Program-made: the position numbers and the translations under genes
Origin: an uncultured Clostridia bacterium
Lineage (GTDB): Bacteria; Bacillota; Clostridia; Christensenellales; UBA1242
Length of the DNA stretch: 64,000 bases
Direction: 5' to 3'
Assembly: GCA_934749845.1 (NCBI GenBank)
Contig: CAKVHQ010000004.1
Coordinates: 22,667 to 86,666 of the forward strand
Notes under the pieces: model-generated
Databases searched by the model: none
The model's input: only the letters and a program-made list of their open reading frames with translations
Told to the model about the DNA's origin: nothing
Part shown: positions 55,701 to 64,000 of the stretch, one piece after another
Layout: each line of letters starts with the position of its first letter
How positions within the stretch are numbered: the first letter of the stretch is position 1

Positions 55701-57044
55701 ATGGAAAACAATTTATCAAAAGAAGCTTTAGAAAAATTGGGTATTTATGAACTTAGAAATGTTGCTCGTCAAGTCGGTGTGTATTCTCCTACGAGATATA
55801 AAAAAGAGGTGTTAATTGATAAAATTACATCTATTGTTAGGGGCGAAGAAGAACCTTATATTAAAAAAACAAATCAAGGAAGACCACCAAAGCAAATTGC
55901 GGGACTAGACGAAATTTTAAGCATTTTTGTTCCAAACATAGAGCAAAAAAGCCAGTTTGAACAGCGTTTTCATGAAAACTTGTTCACACCTGCATTTATG
56001 CAAACCATAAAAGTTTTGCCAGATAACTTTGAAAATTTTGAAGGATATTTAAAATTACTTCCCGGCAATTATGGCGTAGTGTTTAAAAACTCTTACTTTG
56101 AAGGAAATAAAAACACTTATTATCTAACTCCACAAATCTTAACAAAAATTGGTTTAAGAGAAGGCGACTACATCAAAGGAATTTGCTATTTTATTGATGA
56201 AACCAAACCTAAAATTATAAAAGAAATACAATTTGTTAATGGAGTGAACTTGCCTGCTGGCGAAAAAATTTTAAGAGAAGATTTTGAAAAAGCCGAAGCG
56301 GTTTATCCAAGAAATCAAATCAAAATTTCAAAAGCCAAAGACTTTTTAGATTTCAAATGTATTGACTATCTTTGCCCATTTGGCGAGGGTTCAAGAGTTG
56401 CAATAAGTTACGAAAAGAATTTTTATATTGAAGATTTTGTTATTGAGTTTGTGAAAAGACTTAGCGTTAATTACGATGTAAGTTTAATTGCTGTTGATGA
56501 AAGACCAGAAGATTTATCTTTAATAAGAGCAGAATGTGACAAATTAACAATGCTAAACAAATTAAGTGACCTTGATGAAATTTCATTCACCGAACAAACT
56601 TTAATGATGTTCAATCATATCTTAAGACAAGTTGAAAAGGGAAAAAATCAAGTTGTTGTTATAAAGAATTTGCAAAAATTTGAAAGTTTGTTAAAAAGAT
56701 ATCATGTTGTCGAAAAGAAGATGACCGATTATGAAGCAAAAATTCAAGCAAGAAACATCATAAAAAGAATGTTCTCGCTTGCAAAAAACACATCAAAAGG
56801 CTATGCTTTAACTTTCATCGCATTTAATTGTTCAAGTGAAGAGCTTATGGATTTATCCAACTGTCAAATTTACTTTAAAGGTCAACCTTATGACGACACA
56901 GATATTTATCTTGATTGTATAAATTCTCACACAATTAAACCTAACTTGCTTTTTAGCGAAAAAGATAACGAAAGGTATTTGGAATTTAGAAAGAACTTAT
57001 CAAGCAATAATTTAATTAGCAAACTAAATGATTTATTAGATTAA
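55701..57044 (+). CDS. Rho-like protein with degenerate Walker A/B motifs (predicted non-catalytic Rho paralogue)
   Basis: The product is collinear with Rho along its full length. It has a Rho_N-like N-terminus, an OB-like RNA-binding segment, [10 protein letters not shown], and [11 protein letters not shown] (Rho: LLIDERPEEV). No GKT/S P-loop is present. Confidence 0.6.
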   Translation: [447 protein letters not shown]

Positions 57045-57071
57045 AAAAAGTGGACATTTGTCCACTTTTTT
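57043..57071. terminator. Bidirectional intrinsic terminator between convergent genes
   Basis: AGTGGACA pairs with TGTCCACT, flanked by A7 and T6 runs. Confidence 0.8.
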
Positions 57072-60000
57072 ATTTAACTTTCATGTTCTTTCTTAACTTA
57101 ATAAAGATAATTACTACTGCTACAACTGCAATAACACTTATAATGATAACTATAATTGCAATTGCATTTAATGGTTCTTTTTTAGTAATAACAAAACTTT
57201 CTAAAGTGTTTCCGCTCTTTGTAACAAGTCTAACATTAAATGTTCCGTTTTGAGTTATTGTGAACACTTCTGTTAAGTTCTCTAAAGCAGTTTCTTCGTT
57301 TATTACTAGCCATTCGGTGTCGTTAAAGTAAATTACGCAATCTCCAACTTTGTTGTAGATTTGTTTTTTATTTAAAGTTAAGTTAATTGATTTTGTTGTG
57401 CTTGAACCAAATTTAATTGAGCATTTAATTAAAACATCAAAGTCGTTGTTCAACCAAACATCAAATGTGAATGATTGTTCTGGTTTGTTTATGCTGTATC
57501 TTGCGTTAACAGTAATTCTATAATATCCAGCACCACCAAGTCCGTTTTCCAAACTAGATAGAGCAATGTTGTTTAAGTTATAAACATTTAATTCATTTCT
57601 TATAGAATCGGTTATGTCAATTCCTTGTTCATCGGTTTTGTTGTTCAACTTTTCAATTTTTGTTATTTCATAGTTGTTAAGACCAATATACTCAAAGGTT
57701 GCCATAGCTTCGTTAATATTAACAATTCTAAACTTAAACACTGTTGTTACATTTGTTTTTTCTTCGCCACTACCTTTTTTAACTTCGCCAGAAAGTGTAA
57801 TTTCATAGAAGCCAAAGTCGGTGTAGGTGTAGGAGTTGTTTATGCTCTTAACAACAATTTGTTTTCCATTTAACTTGCTAATAACTGTTATGCTTCCTGT
57901 GAATTTATCAAGATTTTGCAATGCTAGAACAACATTTTCGTTAAATACGGAGTTGTTAACAGCAGGCGAACCGTTAATAGTGAAGATTACATCGTTAATT
58001 AGTGCCATTTGGAAATATTGATTGTTTCTGTCAAACACTTGTCGGTTTCCAGCAACATCTCTAAATGTGAATTGATATATTCCGCTATCTTCAAAGGTTA
58101 GGTCAGCAGTTGTGGCTGTGCTTAAGTTAACTTCTCTTAAGAATTGTGAGTTGTAAGTGATTGTCATTATAATGTCGTTGCCAGCAATAATATTAAATGT
58201 TTTTTCAACCGATAAGATTGCTGATTTCGATTTATTTTCTTCATCTTGAGTGATTGTGACAACTGATGCTGTTCTTGGAATGTCGTTAATCAAAAGTTGG
58301 TTGTCGTAATTTTTTAAGAAATTGTTGTTTGCTACAACTTTTGTTACTGTGATGTAAGTTACATCGTTTTCCACAGTTTCGCCATCTTGAACAACTCTTT
58401 GATAGATTTTGTAAGAGTAGGTTGAGGCAACAGTCATTTGATTGAATTTTGTTTCTTCTGGTTCTTTGATTAGTTCAAAGCGATAGTTATTTGCTGTGTC
58501 TGTTTTAACTTCAAATTCATAAATTGTGAAGTATTTTATTGGGTTATTAACATTCTTGCCGTACTCATACTGATTGTTTCTATCTTGTGATACTGGAACA
58601 AGTGCACCATTGTCGATGCCATTTATGTAGTGAGCAACCCAATAGTTTCTTGAAATTTTTTCTTCAAGTTTAACAAAGAAAGTTATTTTTGTTCCTAAAA
58701 TGTTTTGAGCAGTGAAGGTGTAACTTCCAAGTTTAGATAATGTTTGGTTGTTTGAAATTACTCCCAAATCTTCAAGCGTAACTTCTCCGTTTTGGTCGAG
58801 GTATGTTCTTGTTGCAGTAACAACAACAGGGAATAGTGAGTCTTCATCGCTTATATTGATATAAACTTCTCGGTCAAAGACATTAACATCTTGGTCTTTC
58901 ACGAGAATTTTTAAGTTTCCGCTTTGGCTGTCTGCTGGTTTAATTACATAAATTTCACTAATTGAATTGTGGTAGCCAACATAGTAGAAAATAGAACCTT
59001 GTGTGCTTACAAATTCAACTTTGTATATTATGTTTTCTTCGCCTTCTATCCAATTTAATGGGTATGTCCAAATGCCATTTATATCTTTAACAAAAAGGTC
59101 GTTATCTAATTGAACTTCGCTGTCGTCAGTTTTCTTTAGAATGTATTTATCTCCAATCTTTTCCATAGTCATCTTGTAAAGTTTTGGAGTGTAAAGCACA
59201 TTTTGGAATTTGAAGAATGCTGAATTGTTGGAGTAGATAAGGTCAATAGGTTTAGTTATGTCAGCACTATCATAAGCCGTTACAGTAAGAAGGTTTTGGC
59301 TTGGAGAATTAAACACAATCTTGTCATCGTTGTCTTCAACGCCAACAATTTCTCTTAATTTTAACTCTCTATCAAAGTTGTCTTCAAATATCAAGTAATA
59401 TTCACTGCCTGAACTTCCTTGCATTTTAAATGTGTAGCTGAATGTTGCAGTTGTTAAGTTGTTATTTGTTAAGTATTCTTCGATATTTTTTACGATAGTT
59501 TTTCCGTTGCTATCAGTGTCAAGAGAAGTTTCAATCATAGTTCCATTTTCTGCTCTATATGCATTAAAGTTTGTAAAGTAGGAACTTGAATTTACATCGT
59601 TTATTGAAACGGTAAATGTAACTGTAAAGCCTGTGTCGCCACGAGTTATAGAGTAGTTTGGATATGCTTCGCTTGGCTTTCTATGTTCAATTTTTAAAAT
59701 TTCGCCCATTGATGAAATAAATGTTATGTAGTAAATGTTACCGCTTGCTTTGTTGTATGCACTATACAGTTCATTTAAGTCATCTATAAATGCTTGTTTA
59801 TCTCCGTTAGGTGAGAGTGTTAAAACGTTTGTTGTTTTTCCGTTTATGTCTTCAACCTTAACAGTAATGTATTGTTTTGATGGAGAAATTTCTTTTAAGT
59901 TATAGTTGCAACTATACATTTTAATGTAACTATAGCTGTCGTAGTTAATGGTACTTGCATCAACTAATTCAATTTGGTTTGAATTTTGGTTAGAAACTGT

Positions 60001-63000
60001 ATATCTTTGAATGTTTTTAAAGGTTGCGTCTCTTTGTGTTGGGGTGCTTCCTTCTTCAGATAACTCAAACGAAGCAGAGGAGTCGCCGTCATTTATTGAG
60101 ATGTCGTTAGATTTAACATAAATTGTGTATATTCTATAATTTCCAGCATAGTCAACTTCAATTATTTCATAGAAACAATCGTAATTATTATCAAATAATT
60201 CGTTAATAATGTAGCCTAAATTGTAATCTTTATGCTCGTTATTATCCCAATAGTAGTTGCTGATGTTTGTATAAACTTGACTTCCGTTTAATTTATAGTT
60301 TTCATCAAATTTCAATCTTGTTGCGGCGTAAATGCTGTCGTTACATCTTGGGTCATCTGGTGTTAAACTTTGTTGGTCTTCACGCTTTTCGTCATTATAT
60401 TTGTCGTATCTTCTCATGAACATTTTATAAGTGTCCATGTTTTTGTCGCTCCAAATAGATGATGAATTTACTGTAGCGTAGTCAAGAGTGAAGTTCTTAT
60501 CAACTGTGAATGCATAGTTTTCGTAGTTGATTTCGCTGTTTAGGTCGTAGAATTTGCTTAATAGTGAAGTGTTTTCGTCTAAATCACTATAGTAATTTGC
60601 TAAATATGCATCTGAAAGTAATAATCTAGAAATGTTATATTCTGGTTTTTTGAAATCGAAAACAACATTTTTAATAGTGTAGAAGAATTTGTTTGGTAAT
60701 TCGTTTGTAAGACCACTGTAATCACTTTCTTCGCCAATATATTGCAATGTTATTGCAAATTTTGCACTTTGTGATGAGAATTCGCTTGGCAATATTGCAA
60801 GAATATCTGCAAAGTCGATGTAATAATCCCAAGTTGGGTTATAGAAATTTGATTGTTCCTTTAATTGGTCTGTGCTGATATCGTGAACAGTTATGTTGCT
60901 TTGAGTAGGAAGAGTTGTTCCGCTTGCAGATAATTTACCATTTCTAACTGTTAATGAAACTGATTTTCCATTTTCTGTTGTTATATCAATTTTGAAGTTT
61001 TTAGTATCTATTTCTGCATCGTATCCAGTATTATTTATTGGTTTGTTCCAAACAACTAACATGTTTTGTTTGTTGGTTGAAATGTTTTGTTCTTCTTCAT
61101 CGTAAGTTACAACTTCCAAAACATCGCCATTAAGTTCATATTTTGCCACTTGTGCTCTTGGCGATTCAACATCAATTTTAAATGTGAACACATAATCATT
61201 TAAATTATTGTCTCTAGTGTGGGTTTTATCACTTAATGTAATTTGATAATAGCCATTTTTTCTAAAGTTTATAGTATCTTCGTCTGTTGCAACCGCGTAT
61301 TTATTTTGCTCGCTTGCTTTATATTCAATTTTTGCACTGTTTAATTTAAACGAGTTAAGAATTGTTTTAGAGATGTTATAGTTTGTTTCTATGTTATCTA
61401 GTTTTATGTTATTGCTTTTTGGCTCAATTTCTTTGTTTAAACTGTCAAATTTGTTTAAGTTTTGAACTTCTTCAATAAATTCAACTGGCAATTTGCTGGT
61501 TGTGAATTTAAGGTTTTTAGCAGAAGAATCCATTAAGAAATCGCTTCCAGAAAATTTAATTTGATAATTATCGCGGTCGTATCCAATGTTGAAACCAATT
61601 TTTTCTCCAAGAAGTTGCAAACTTGAAGTGTAACTTATAACTTTATTTCTATCCACAAAGAATAAGTAGTATCTTGGACTGTAATCGCCTGATTTATTGT
61701 CTATAGATGACGACTCGATTGGGTTTTTATACTCACGTTTAACTAAATACATTCCTTCAATGCTTTGTGCTCCGCTTTGAGTGTTTATTGCTCCACTCAT
61801 AATTTTTGAAGCATTTACTGTTGAAGCTGTTGTTGATGTTAAATCAATTTCTTCAACAAGTTGTGGAGTGGAGGAGTAAGGATAATTATCCCCGTCTTCA
61901 AATGCAAGTGGGAAGAAATAGTACTTAATGCTTGATACTTCGTAGTCGGTGTCTAGGTTAGGTAGCCATTCAAAGTATAATTTGTTGTAGTTTGAAATTC
62001 CGCTGTCGAGCACTCTGTTGTATTTTCCTGCACTGTCAGTTAAATAGAACATTAACATGCTGTTGTCAGAGTTCATTTCAATTTTAACATTTTGAGTGGT
62101 GTTGTTAACTTGGTTGTAAATATCGTTTACATTTTCGGTGTTATTTTTAATTTCATCTTTAACTAGACTTATTAAAGATTGGTCAAAAAATGTTATGTTA
62201 TGAATATGTTCGCCATAGTTCCAGTATTTGTCTATTACAACTTGTTTATCAGTAGCATTATCTAGTTCGTCATTTTGGTTTTTTGTATATTTAATGTAAA
62301 AATCTTGGTATGATTTTGATGTTGTTATAGTGTTTGTGTATCTTTTGTTTACTGTGCTTGAATCGTCTTGGATAACTGCTTCATCAATTTTAACTAATAA
62401 ACTGTTAAGTGTGGTGCTTGTAACATTACCTTCAGGGTCAGTTGTTATAGTTTTGTCAAGCAAGTAGTTATCGCTTTCTTTAGCATTATTGTTTATGAAT
62501 TTATATAAATTTTCTTGAATACTTTCGTCGATAGTTATTTTTTTGTTATTTCCCCAAACAACAATTGAGTTTCTTGAAGCAATATTGTTTTGATCAACCA
62601 TTGAAGTGAAGCCATTTTCTTCTTCAATAAATTTATAAACTAGTGCTTTGGTGTTATCAACAAAAATTGTCTTGTATGATTGGTTTCCTGCTTCGTCGGT
62701 TATAGTGAATAGGTAGAAGCCGGCACTTGTTTTTAAACTTTCAATGTTGTTAAGCGTTGATGTTGTTATGTCTTTTTCGGTTTTGGTTGTGATAACTGCT
62801 TTGCTGTATGGAAGATTTTCATTTATAGTTTTTAAAGTGTAACCATTTTCCAAGTTAATGGTTTTGCCACTAATTTTGTCTGTAAGGTCTTTGTTAATTA
62901 CTGTTGTGTTTTTTGAAGAGTTTAAAAATTCATTTAATAGCGAGATGTTATCGTCATCTGTGTTATTAACACTTTCTTCTAATGGAATAAAATTGTATGT

Positions 63001-64000
63001 TGCACTGATTTTTGCACCACTTTGTTTTTCACTCCAATCTAGAGCAAACGAACCAGACAACACATTACGAGTGGAGTCTTCGTAAGTTATTTGGTTTGAC
63101 TCGTTGTTTAATGACAAAACTTCATAAGTTTTTAAATTGCTAATAGGTGTTGTGTCTATATTAAAACGATATTTAACAACGGTATTTTTGCCCGGACCAT
63201 AATTGATAATTACTTGATATAAACCGTTAAATTCTTTATTTATTTTTATTTTTTCTGTGCCTTCGTTAGTGTAAGTAATTCCTTGGCTAGTTACATTTGC
63301 TTTGTTGTCGTTGTAAACTTCAATCCAACTATCGTTTTGATTGTCAAATAAATGTTTCAAAACTCTAACTCTTGGTGCAATATCAAAAACTGTGTTTGCA
63401 CTCCAAGAAACGTCAACAGACTTATTTGTATAGCCATTTGAATTAACATCAGTTGAATCTGCTTTAACTTCAATGTTTGGCTCGCTGTTGTTTATGCTGA
63501 ACGAAAAGAATTGATAGTGAGCAGTGGTTGGAGCATCTGTGTCTAGTTCAATTTTGCCTGACTCTAAAGTTTTTAATTTTTTATAGTTAGTGAAGTTGTA
63601 CTCAATAAACACTTGGTAGTAGCCGTCTTTTGTAAATCTTGTGTCGTTGGTAATGTTTTTAAATAGTGTAGGTAAAAACTTTTGGTTTTCTTTCTCTTTT
63701 TTCTGGTCATCAGTCAATGTAATATATTTTTTAAAAGCTTCAATGCTATTCCAATATTTGTAGTAGCTTTTTGTTTTATTATTTTTGGTTGTCATAGCAC
63801 CGTAATATTTAATAGTTACAGGTGCTTGATTGGTTGAACAGATTTCAAAATTATCAATGTTCATGTCGTTTTTGTTTAAATCTGCTTCATTTTCTTTAAA
63901 ACTATCTTTGTTATTTTTAAAACTAAAGTCTGTTATAAGTTCATCGCCATGTCTAAATTCCTTGTCGTTTGAAACAGTGGAGTTAGAATAGTCGCTGTGG
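57070..64000 (-). CDS. Giant surface protein (more than 2309 aa visible), an array of divergent Ig-like domains with a C-terminal TM anchor; the N-terminus lies beyond the right window edge
   Basis: The C-terminus reads AIAIIVIIISVIAVVAVVIIFI followed by KLRKNMKVK. Domain-end motifs G[YFL]Y.[IVF].[ILF] followed by D...P recur. I checked codons 63865-64000 on the minus strand and found no stop, so the ATG at 63864 is internal. Confidence 0.8.
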   Translation of the reverse strand, partial: HSDYSNSTVSNDKEFRHGDELITDFSFKNNKDSFKENEADLNKNDMNIDNFEICSTNQAPVTIKYYGAMTTKNNKTKSYYKYWNSIEAFKKYITLTDDQKKEKENQKFLPTLFKNITNDTRFTKDGYYQVFIEYNFTNYKKLKTLESGKIELDTDAPTTAHYQFFSFSINNSEPNIEVKADSTDVNSNGYTNKSVDVSWSANTVFDIAPRVRVLKHLFDNQNDSWIEVYNDNKANVTSQGITYTNEGTEKIKINKEFNGLYQVIINYGPGKNTVVKYRFNIDTTPISNLKTYEVLSLNNESNQITYEDSTRNVLSGSFALDWSEKQSGAKISATYNFIPLEESVNNTDDDNISLLNEFLNSSKNTTVINKDLTDKISGKTINLENGYTLKTINENLPYSKAVITTKTEKDITTSTLNNIESLKTSAGFYLFTITDEAGNQSYKTIFVDNTKALVYKFIEEENGFTSMVDQNNIASRNSIVVWGNNKKITIDESIQENLYKFINNNAKESDNYLLDKTITTDPEGNVTSTTLNSLLVKIDEAVIQDDSSTVNKRYTNTITTSKSYQDFYIKYTKNQNDELDNATDKQVVIDKYWNYGEHIHNITFFDQSLISLVKDEIKNNTENVNDIYNQVNNTTQNVKIEMNSDNSMLMFYLTDSAGKYNRVLDSGISNYNKLYFEWLPNLDTDYEVSSIKYYFFPLAFEDGDNYPYSSTPQLVEEIDLTSTTASTVNASKIMSGAINTQSGAQSIEGMYLVKREYKNPIESSSIDNKSGDYSPRYYLFFVDRNKVISYTSSLQLLGEKIGFNIGYDRDNYQIKFSGSDFLMDSSAKNLKFTTSKLPVEFIEEVQNLNKFDSLNKEIEPKSNNIKLDNIETNYNISKTILNSFKLNSAKIEYKASEQNKYAVATDEDTINFRKNGYYQITLSDKTHTRDNNLNDYVFTFKIDVESPRAQVAKYELNGDVLEVVTYDEEEQNISTNKQNMLVVWNKPINNTGYDAEIDTKNFKIDITTENGKSVSLTVRNGKLSASGTTLPTQSNITVHDISTDQLKEQSNFYNPTWDYYIDFADILAILPSEFSSQSAKFAITLQYIGEESDYSGLTNELPNKFFYTIKNVVFDFKKPEYNISRLLLSDAYLANYYSDLDENTSLLSKFYDLNSEINYENYAFTVDKNFTLDYATVNSSSIWSDKNMDTYKMFMRRYDKYNDEKREDQQSLTPDDPRCNDSIYAATRLKFDENYKLNGSQVYTNISNYYWDNNEHKDYNLGYIINELFDNNYDCFYEIIEVDYAGNYRIYTIYVKSNDISINDGDSSASFELSEEGSTPTQRDATFKNIQRYTVSNQNSNQIELVDASTINYDSYSYIKMYSCNYNLKEISPSKQYITVKVEDINGKTTNVLTLSPNGDKQAFIDDLNELYSAYNKASGNIYYITFISSMGEILKIEHRKPSEAYPNYSITRGDTGFTVTFTVSINDVNSSSYFTNFNAYRAENGTMIETSLDTDSNGKTIVKNIEEYLTNNNLTTATFSYTFKMQGSSGSEYYLIFEDNFDRELKLREIVGVEDNDDKIVFNSPSQNLLTVTAYDSADITKPIDLIYSNNSAFFKFQNVLYTPKLYKMTMEKIGDKYILKKTDDSEVQLDNDLFVKDINGIWTYPLNWIEGEENIIYKVEFVSTQGSIFYYVGYHNSISEIYVIKPADSQSGNLKILVKDQDVNVFDREVYINISDEDSLFPVVVTATRTYLDQNGEVTLEDLGVISNNQTLSKLGSYTFTAQNILGTKITFFVKLEEKISRNYWVAHYINGIDNGALVPVSQDRNNQYEYGKNVNNPIKYFTIYEFEVKTDTANNYRFELIKEPEETKFNQMTVASTYSYKIYQRVVQDGETVENDVTYITVTKVVANNNFLKNYDNQLLINDIPRTASVVTITQDEENKSKSAILSVEKTFNIIAGNDIIMTITYNSQFLREVNLSTATTADLTFEDSGIYQFTFRDVAGNRQVFDRNNQYFQMALINDVIFTINGSPAVNNSVFNENVVLALQNLDKFTGSITVISKLNGKQIVVKSINNSYTYTDFGFYEITLSGEVKKGSGEEKTNVTTVFKFRIVNINEAMATFEYIGLNNYEITKIEKLNNKTDEQGIDITDSIRNELNVYNLNNIALSSLENGLGGAGYYRITVNARYSINKPEQSFTFDVWLNNDFDVLIKCSIKFGSSTTKSINLTLNKKQIYNKVGDCVIYFNDTEWLVINEETALENLTEVFTITQNGTFNVRLVTKSGNTLESFVITKKEPLNAIAIIVIIISVIAVVAVVIIFIKLRKNMKVK

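Noticed and set aside
57050-57253. A 67-aa plus-strand ORF at the 3' end of the giant gene.
   Set aside because: It starts inside the bidirectional terminator and is antisense to the TM-anchor coding region of the giant gene, which explains its hydrophobic translation. It has no SD.
1-64000. A search by eye for rRNA, tRNA, CRISPR repeats, IS or transposase, integrase, phage genes, restriction-modification, toxin-antitoxin or other defence modules.
   Set aside because: None was found. Every intergenic region longer than 100 nt is accounted for by promoters, leaders or terminators. I cannot exclude small RNAs or very divergent systems without covariance-model or HMM searches.

Overview
This is an AT-rich (roughly one-third G+C by eye) chromosomal core segment from an endospore-forming Firmicute with Clostridia-like gene order. 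From 2.5 to 18.5 kb on the + strand lies the complete S10-spc-alpha ribosomal supercluster. It runs rpsJ-rplCDWB-rpsS-rplV-rpsC-rplP-rpmC-rpsQ-rplNXE-S14(Z)-rpsH-rplFR-rpsE-rpmD-rplO-secY-adk-map-KOW protein-infA-rpmJ. A separate consensus promoter with a ~180-nt leader then drives rpsM-rpsK-rpsD-rpoA-rplQ. Next come a three-gene glycosyltransferase cluster (GT4, GT8, GT4), uvrC, a membrane-anchored hypothetical, murB, a PHP phosphatase, whiA and dnaE. They are followed by a 1068-aa tail-anchored papain-like (C1) surface protein, a DUF378 protein, an orphan basic protein and greA. After that come tmk-holB-ricT(yaaT)-methyltransferase-rsmI, spmAB and metG-tatD-rsmA. The right part is rich in sporulation genes: spo0A, veg, a SipL-like DUF3794/LysM protein, spoIIR-sleB-ypeB, and a Rho homologue with degenerate ATPase motifs. 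A surface protein of more than 2300 aa is still open at the right window edge. I saw no rRNA, tRNA, CRISPR array, transposase or integrase, and no recognisable defence or toxin-antitoxin module, so I cannot point to a clear multi-gene novel system. The most unusual items are listed here.
- The predicted ATPase-dead Rho paralogue.
- Five genes with an (often extended) -10 box 6-7 nt upstream of the ATG and no Shine-Dalgarno sequence, which are candidate leaderless mRNAs.
- Two very large surface proteins that are tail-anchored and lack LPXTG.
- An L24 with a 4-Cys knuckle and a histone-H1-like tail.
- A zinc-ribbon protein with a ~100-aa poly-acidic tail.
- Structured leaders ahead of rpsJ, rpsM and greA.
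All family assignments come from reading motifs and from memory. No database search was run.
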